From Chlamydiota bacterium (lineage in GTDB: Bacteria; Chlamydiota; Chlamydiia; Chlamydiales; 2-12-FULL-49-11), in contig CANJWO010000003.1 of the NCBI GenBank assembly GCA_947478685.1, positions 1 to 62,645 of the forward strand: a DNA stretch of 62,645 bases, written 5' to 3'. Both the position numbers and the translations under genes were made by a program. How positions within the stretch are numbered: the first letter of the stretch is position 1; the number at the start of each line of letters is the position of its first letter. A model generated the notes under the pieces. That model was not told the origin of the DNA. It saw only the letters and a program-made list of their open reading frames with translations, and searched no databases. This document shows positions 58,269 through 62,645 of the stretch, one piece after another.

Positions 58269-58440
58269 ATTAAAAACCTCTATGTTGGTGATGCTTTCTG
58301 GCGTAGATTATAAAGGAATTATAAAAATAGAACAATTATATTGGGTGATTTAGTGTAATAGCAGAATGAATAAAATTTTAATTGAATGATTAAAATTTTC
58401 TATATAGACGAAATCGGGGAATTTGGGGTAGTCTGGGGAT

Positions 58441-59394
58441 ATGCTGCAAAAGATTGTTTTATCAACTATTTTTTTTAGTTTTATAGGATGGGGCTCGCTT
58501 CTAGGGTTTCATGTGACTGCAGAGTCAGAAAAGGTCTTTGCTTTTGAGGTCGGTTATTGTGGTCTTTGGCGCTCGCCACTGAAAGATATGAGTTTTATAA
58601 CTGGGGGGGAGAATGGGGAAGCTCCTTTTGAAAAAGTTAAATTTAACTATGTTTCTGGGGTTAGAGCTCTAGTTGAAATGAATCTCGGACAGAAAAATTC
58701 TATTGAGGCAGTTTACACAGGTCTATTTAATTGGAATAATCATGGATCAGCAACAGACTCTACCTATACTTTTAGTGTTCCAACTTCCCCATATTTAAAT
58801 GAAGATTGGACCGATTTTTACTATTTTCACTATCACTATAGATCACAGCTTAATTCGGGGGAATTGTCGTATTGGAGGCATGTCACGCCACGTTACGTCA
58901 ATTATTTTTCATTTTCCTGGATGATCGGCTTAAGATATATTGACTTTCGAGATAGTATCCATATGAACAATGGAACAGGTCAAGTTGGCGATACAGCTAG
59001 TGTAAAAGCGATCAATCGAATGGGTGGAGCTCAAGTAGGCTTAGAACTTCAGTGTAATTCATCAAAAAGATTTACATGGGCTATTCAAGTTAAGGGGGGC
59101 GGCTATGCCGATTTTGTTTCTAGGAAAACAATATTTAATGATCTTGGAAATACCGAGCTAATTGTCAATTCAGAGCAAAGCAGAGTGAAAAAAGATTTCA
59201 CTTTAGAATTGATTCCCTACATTATGTATAGAATAAATCCGATCTATTTGCGCCTCGCATATGACAGAGTAATCCTCTTTAATCCCGTATTTGCCCCAAG
59301 GCAGCTTTCAGCTGCAAAATTTGTGGATGAGGTCTACACCCACAATTACGTCAATTTTCAAGCCGTCTACGCCAGCATCGGCTTCTACTGGTAA
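58441..59394 (+). CDS. Putative outer-membrane beta-barrel protein/porin
   Basis: Signal peptide, alternating aromatic beta-strand pattern, and C-terminal ...ASIGFYW. Confidence 0.6.
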   Translation: MLQKIVLSTIFFSFIGWGSLLGFHVTAESEKVFAFEVGYCGLWRSPLKDMSFITGGENGEAPFEKVKFNYVSGVRALVEMNLGQKNSIEAVYTGLFNWNNHGSATDSTYTFSVPTSPYLNEDWTDFYYFHYHYRSQLNSGELSYWRHVTPRYVNYFSFSWMIGLRYIDFRDSIHMNNGTGQVGDTASVKAINRMGGAQVGLELQCNSSKRFTWAIQVKGGGYADFVSRKTIFNDLGNTELIVNSEQSRVKKDFTLELIPYIMYRINPIYLRLAYDRVILFNPVFAPRQLSAAKFVDEVYTHNYVNFQAVYASIGFYW

Positions 59395-59395
59395 T

Positions 59396-60892
59396 TTAGA
59401 GAATTCTGTGAAGGGCTGAGGGGTCGATATATGCCTCTTTTAAGAAGAGCTGGTAGAAAGCTTCTTCGTTGTGCTCGATAAGGTCAAGAGTCTGTAGAGC
59501 TGATTTGCTCTCTTCAAGTTCGTAAGAGAGACCAAACATTCTGGCAGCACCATTGAGCGAACCGTGTTTCATTAGGATAAATCCAATTGTATATAAAGCT
59601 ATTAGATTTTTTTCTTGTGCAGCACTATCGAAAAGGGACTTGGCAGCTTTAGGATCGCTGTTTGACGTAAAGAGATGATAATAGAGGGCCATTTGAGCGG
59701 TCTCATTGAATTCAGCGAGGTGGGTTAATTGAGCATAGTGAGGGGAGAGGGCAACAAATGAGAGAAGTTCACATGTTATTTGGATAGGGTATGTATAGCC
59801 TTCTGCTAGAGTTGCGATAAAAAAATCAGCCAATTCCCTTGGATCAAATATTCGGGATTGATTAGAAATAATGTAGGTTATGTAAGCTATTTTGGCGTGG
59901 TGATTACCCTCTCTTGCTAGAGTAAGAAGCTCAGTTCTGCTAAGACCTTCCTCGAGAGCACAAATTTCTTCATAGCCTTTATAATCGCCCCTTTTGAGGG
60001 TTTCAATGACATAGCGTTTGCTTTCTGCAAATTTTCTGTTAGTAATTAGAGCGATGGCAACAGGTGCAGGACTTCCACCAGTTTCATAGGTAGCTTTTAA
60101 CAAGTCTATTTTCTCTGGTAGTGTAAGAATTTGTGATGTAAAGGCGTCCCCGACTCTAGCAAGATTCATTAAACATAAGTCGATCCCATCATCAATAGAA
60201 GTGGTTTGTAAAATGGTAGCAAGATCGGTGTGGCATTTCATAGTAGAAGTAATTGGAATAGGGATAAGACTTGGTGGCGTAATGCCATGAGCTTCTACAG
60301 GAAGTATTTCAGGTCTGCCTGGGATGATTTCTTGTGCCATTAAAAGGGGGTACCTCTCTCCAGGAAAGAAAAAATAGCCGGGAGATCTAATGCAGCTTTT
60401 AGATCCATAAACATGCGCGTCAGGTAAGGCTTCGTGAAAGGCTGGGACAATAGAGACGCCTGCTTCGCAAGCAATAAAATAGATGTGAGCAGTTGCTATA
60501 AGATGGCTTGTAAGAGGTAGTTTTGCAACATCTTTAGGATAGAGCACTCCTTCTTCATTATCCCCAAAGCAAAGCCCTATTTCAGAGCTAGTTTTATCTC
60601 CATGACAAAAGACAAAAAGATGACTAATTTTATCACGTAAAGCCAATGAAGAAAAAACAGAACCTAAATCTGCACTCTCAGTCTCGCAAAAATATAGATT
60701 ATAGACTGAGGCAGCTTTTTTTATTAAGTTGGTAAAAGCGAACCTTTCGACAGCGAGAGCGCCATTGTGGTCGTCTTTTGCTTTGATCATGACTGCAATA
60801 GGTGTGTCTATAGCATGGCGGGCCCTGGATTTCTCAAGATAGCTCGGTATTTCGCTTTTAGTTAATATAAGTTGATTCTCTATACTTTCCAT
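59396..60892 (-). CDS. Caspase-fold (clan CD, CHAT-like) cysteine protease domain fused to Sel1/TPR-like helical repeats; candidate effector
   Basis: His-Gly at the end of a hydrophobic strand (HLFVFCHGD), then Ala-Cys at the end of another strand 45 aa later (HIYFIACEAG). The C-terminal half has Sel1-like repeats (e.g. AQMALYYHLF...DPKAAKSLFDSAAQEKNLIALYTIGFILMKHG). Confidence 0.5.
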   Translation of the reverse strand: MESIENQLILTKSEIPSYLEKSRARHAIDTPIAVMIKAKDDHNGALAVERFAFTNLIKKAASVYNLYFCETESADLGSVFSSLALRDKISHLFVFCHGDKTSSEIGLCFGDNEEGVLYPKDVAKLPLTSHLIATAHIYFIACEAGVSIVPAFHEALPDAHVYGSKSCIRSPGYFFFPGERYPLLMAQEIIPGRPEILPVEAHGITPPSLIPIPITSTMKCHTDLATILQTTSIDDGIDLCLMNLARVGDAFTSQILTLPEKIDLLKATYETGGSPAPVAIALITNRKFAESKRYVIETLKRGDYKGYEEICALEEGLSRTELLTLAREGNHHAKIAYITYIISNQSRIFDPRELADFFIATLAEGYTYPIQITCELLSFVALSPHYAQLTHLAEFNETAQMALYYHLFTSNSDPKAAKSLFDSAAQEKNLIALYTIGFILMKHGSLNGAARMFGLSYELEESKSALQTLDLIEHNEEAFYQLFLKEAYIDPSALHRIL

Positions 60893-60923
60893 AATCGCTC
60901 ATAATTAAAGTATCGCAATACTT

Positions 60924-60956
60924 ATTATATCACATAATTATTTTAAAATACATAAG
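60924..60956 (-). promoter_or_regulatory. Putative promoter with extended -10 (TGATATAAT) for the CHAT-like gene
   Basis: The minus strand reads TTATGTATTTTAAAATAATTATGTGATATAAT, ending 31 nt upstream of the ATG. Confidence 0.5.
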
Positions 60957-61066
60957 ACAACTAGGTTGAGACAAGCTAGTGTTCATAAGTGGCTTATTAT
61001 GAGTGTGAAGAGATTTAACTATAGAGAGGGGTATTTAGCCCCTCTTAGGACCAAGATAGATTTGGC

Positions 61067-61501
61067 TTATTTTGCTAGGGTTCTTACTGGGGAATGGGGA
61101 GATTGATCCACTGGAGAAGGGCAAGGAGGTGTTAATCTAGGTGTCAACCGCAACGTAGGTGAACTCGAGCTGCTGCGTATAAGAGATCCAAAATGAGAGG
61201 CATATATATCAGAACCAATTTCAGCCTTTATACTTCCCGCATCACACAAAGCTATATTCCTTTGTGCTGCTATGTATAATTCCTCGATCTGGTCTAGCCC
61301 ATTTTCAATTCGCTCAAAAGGTGGACATATGCAGGTTTGTCTTAATTGTTCTATTTTGCTTAGTAAATCTGTTGGGAATGTCTGTGGAGGATTCTTAAGA
61401 AATATTATAAATGGGGCAGAGTCTTCTGTGAAAGGAACTTGATCTAACAGTATTTTCTGGGAGGGTGTTAAAAAATTAAACGTTTTTGAAATAGATTCCA
61501 T
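61067..61501 (-). CDS. Hypothetical protein with SP/TP-rich C-terminus
   Basis: 144-aa ORF with the C-terminal tail SSSSSPTLRLTPRLTPPCPSPVDQSPHSPV. No family recognised. Confidence 0.45.
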   Translation of the reverse strand: MESISKTFNFLTPSQKILLDQVPFTEDSAPFIIFLKNPPQTFPTDLLSKIEQLRQTCICPPFERIENGLDQIEELYIAAQRNIALCDAGSIKAEIGSDIYASHFGSLIRSSSSSPTLRLTPRLTPPCPSPVDQSPHSPVRTLAK

Positions 61502-61676
61502 GATTTTCCTTTTATTTTTATCAAAGTTGGCGAGAGGATATATGAAATAAATTTAATTATCAATACATTATGATTAATAGTTCTTGATCGCCAACTCATT
61601 ATAAAATTTGATTCAGAATAAAGGGGGAAATATATAGAATCTTTCGTTCTGGTTAATTTTTTAAGATGAGGGAAGA

Positions 61677-62522
61677 ATGTCTGTTAGTGGAACTGGTAGT
61701 TTTAGTTTTTGTGATCATTTTAAGTATTCAGTAAGGTCTTCTTTTCAGGTTCCTTGTAAGGTAGCTAAAGAAAAAGGGTGTTCTGATGCAGCTAAGAAGG
61801 TGGCTATAGCAGTATCTACTGTTTTTTTAGTTGGGTTTCTTTGGCATGCTGGATCAGCATCTTATAATAAGTATAAATTCCGAGAAGAAGGAAGATTGTT
61901 TGTCCACGATAATGATGCATATATAAGAACTCACAGAATAGATCTTGAGCGGAACCCTAATATATTGGGTGGGTGGATTGGATGCTATGGGATCAAACAT
62001 GCAGGCGATCGATTAGTTCTCTCTACCGTGGTTAAATCTACGCCATCAGCTCAAACATTAACAGTTGCTCTTATGTATGAAGATAATGGGTGTATCAGGA
62101 TAGCAAATCAAAAATATGGGGTTGCTTTTGGAGATTCTATATGCAGTGAATTGTATGATGTGGTTTTATTTAGAGATCCTGTGCAAGTAGCTGACTATAT
62201 AGCTACTAAACCACTTGTCTGGGAGTGTGAGCCCTTTAAATTCAGGGGCAGAGTCCCATCACCTGCATTAAATATGGGAAAATTAAATGATTTGTTCATT
62301 ACTTTTCCAGTATCTCCTAGGTGCCCTGCTGGTAGAATTGCAAGAAAAGTTGACGATAATCGGGGCGATCAAACTGTTGAAATTCTTACTATAGATCAAT
62401 TAAAGGGGGAATATCGAGTTAAGCCTTCAGTTGTTATGAAAGCCTTTATAGATCTTTGGGATCAAAAATTAGTTCAGGTTGCAACTCTTCACAAAGCTTA
62501 TAGTGAATTAAATTTACATTGA
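61677..62522 (+). CDS. Hypothetical single-pass membrane protein whose last 7 codons and stop come from the MITE
   Basis: 281-aa ORF with a TM segment VAIAVSTVFLVGFLW. The C-terminal YSELNLH-stop is encoded by the MITE left repeat (62499-62522). Confidence 0.5.
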   Translation: MSVSGTGSFSFCDHFKYSVRSSFQVPCKVAKEKGCSDAAKKVAIAVSTVFLVGFLWHAGSASYNKYKFREEGRLFVHDNDAYIRTHRIDLERNPNILGGWIGCYGIKHAGDRLVLSTVVKSTPSAQTLTVALMYEDNGCIRIANQKYGVAFGDSICSELYDVVLFRDPVQVADYIATKPLVWECEPFKFRGRVPSPALNMGKLNDLFITFPVSPRCPAGRIARKVDDNRGDQTVEILTIDQLKGEYRVKPSVVMKAFIDLWDQKLVQVATLHKAYSELNLH

Positions 62523-62645
62523 TAAGTTTACACAGTATGTGCCCTTGGGTTTCATTAAGCATTAGCCGGCGCTGAAGCAGGCCGTGTGTTTTCACACGAG
62601 CGATGCAAGCGAATGGAACCCAAGGGATACAGACGCAGTAAAATT
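62499..62645 (+). mobile_element. MITE-like element family A, copy 3 (right 25 nt cut off by the window end)
   Basis: Starts with the left repeat TATAGTGAATTAAATTTACATTGATA. Matches 45421-45567 with two mismatches. Confidence 0.8.

Noticed and set aside
58603-58609. G7 homopolymer in the OMP gene (and A9 at 9300-9308 in the antiporter gene) as possible slipped-strand phase-variation sites
   Set aside because: The tracts are short compared with known phase-variable poly-G tracts, and nothing in a single sequence shows length variation. Population or read-level data would be needed.
61024-61046. Hairpin AGAGGGG-TATTTAG-CCCCTCT downstream of the 144-aa ORF as an intrinsic terminator
   Set aside because: The 7-bp stem is plausible, but no U-tract follows on the relevant (minus) strand, so I did not list it as a feature.

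Overview
Dense, AT-rich chromosomal segment (about 40% G+C by eye, not computed) that reads as a member of the Chlamydiota, most likely an environmental, amoeba-associated lineage. Support for this: the block acpP-fabG-fabD-fabH / recR / bamA-skp-lpxD / pdhABC is in the order I remember from Chlamydia trachomatis. HPr is present without PTS permeases, and there is a DUF151 nuclease, a PIN/TRAM membrane protein, Inc-like bilobed membrane proteins and a eukaryote-type USP deubiquitinase. About 65 CDS are supported. Housekeeping genes include groESL, pepF, ptsH, rpiA, tyrS, accA, pdhABC, lpxD, skp, bamA, recR, fabHDG-acpP, potABCD, trxB, acpS, rlmH, lgt and ssb. Between them lie lineage-specific genes that look like secreted or host-directed effectors: a class-3 lipase, a USP deubiquitinase, a caspase/CHAT-like protease with Sel1-like repeats, a 1449-aa orphan and Inc-like proteins. 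I saw no rRNA, tRNA, CRISPR array, transposase, integrase or phage genes. Four signals stand out. (1) Many genes at the end of a transcription unit switch almost entirely to C-ending codons over their last 40-60 codons, giving C-rich, G-poor mRNA tails. Several of these sit where convergent genes abut with no room for a hairpin terminator; I suggest they are embedded Rho-loading (rut) sites. (2) A 172-bp MITE-like element with 26-bp terminal inverted repeats is present in three about 99% identical copies. Both window ends stop inside a copy, and its repeats carry stop codons in all three frames. (3) A second palindromic repeat family is present in two copies. (4) A right-hand accessory region (53.8-62.5 kb) plus scattered effector-like genes includes two or three that share an unusually similar upstream sequence with an extended -10 box. 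All calls rest on reading the sequence and the ORF translations; no searches were run.
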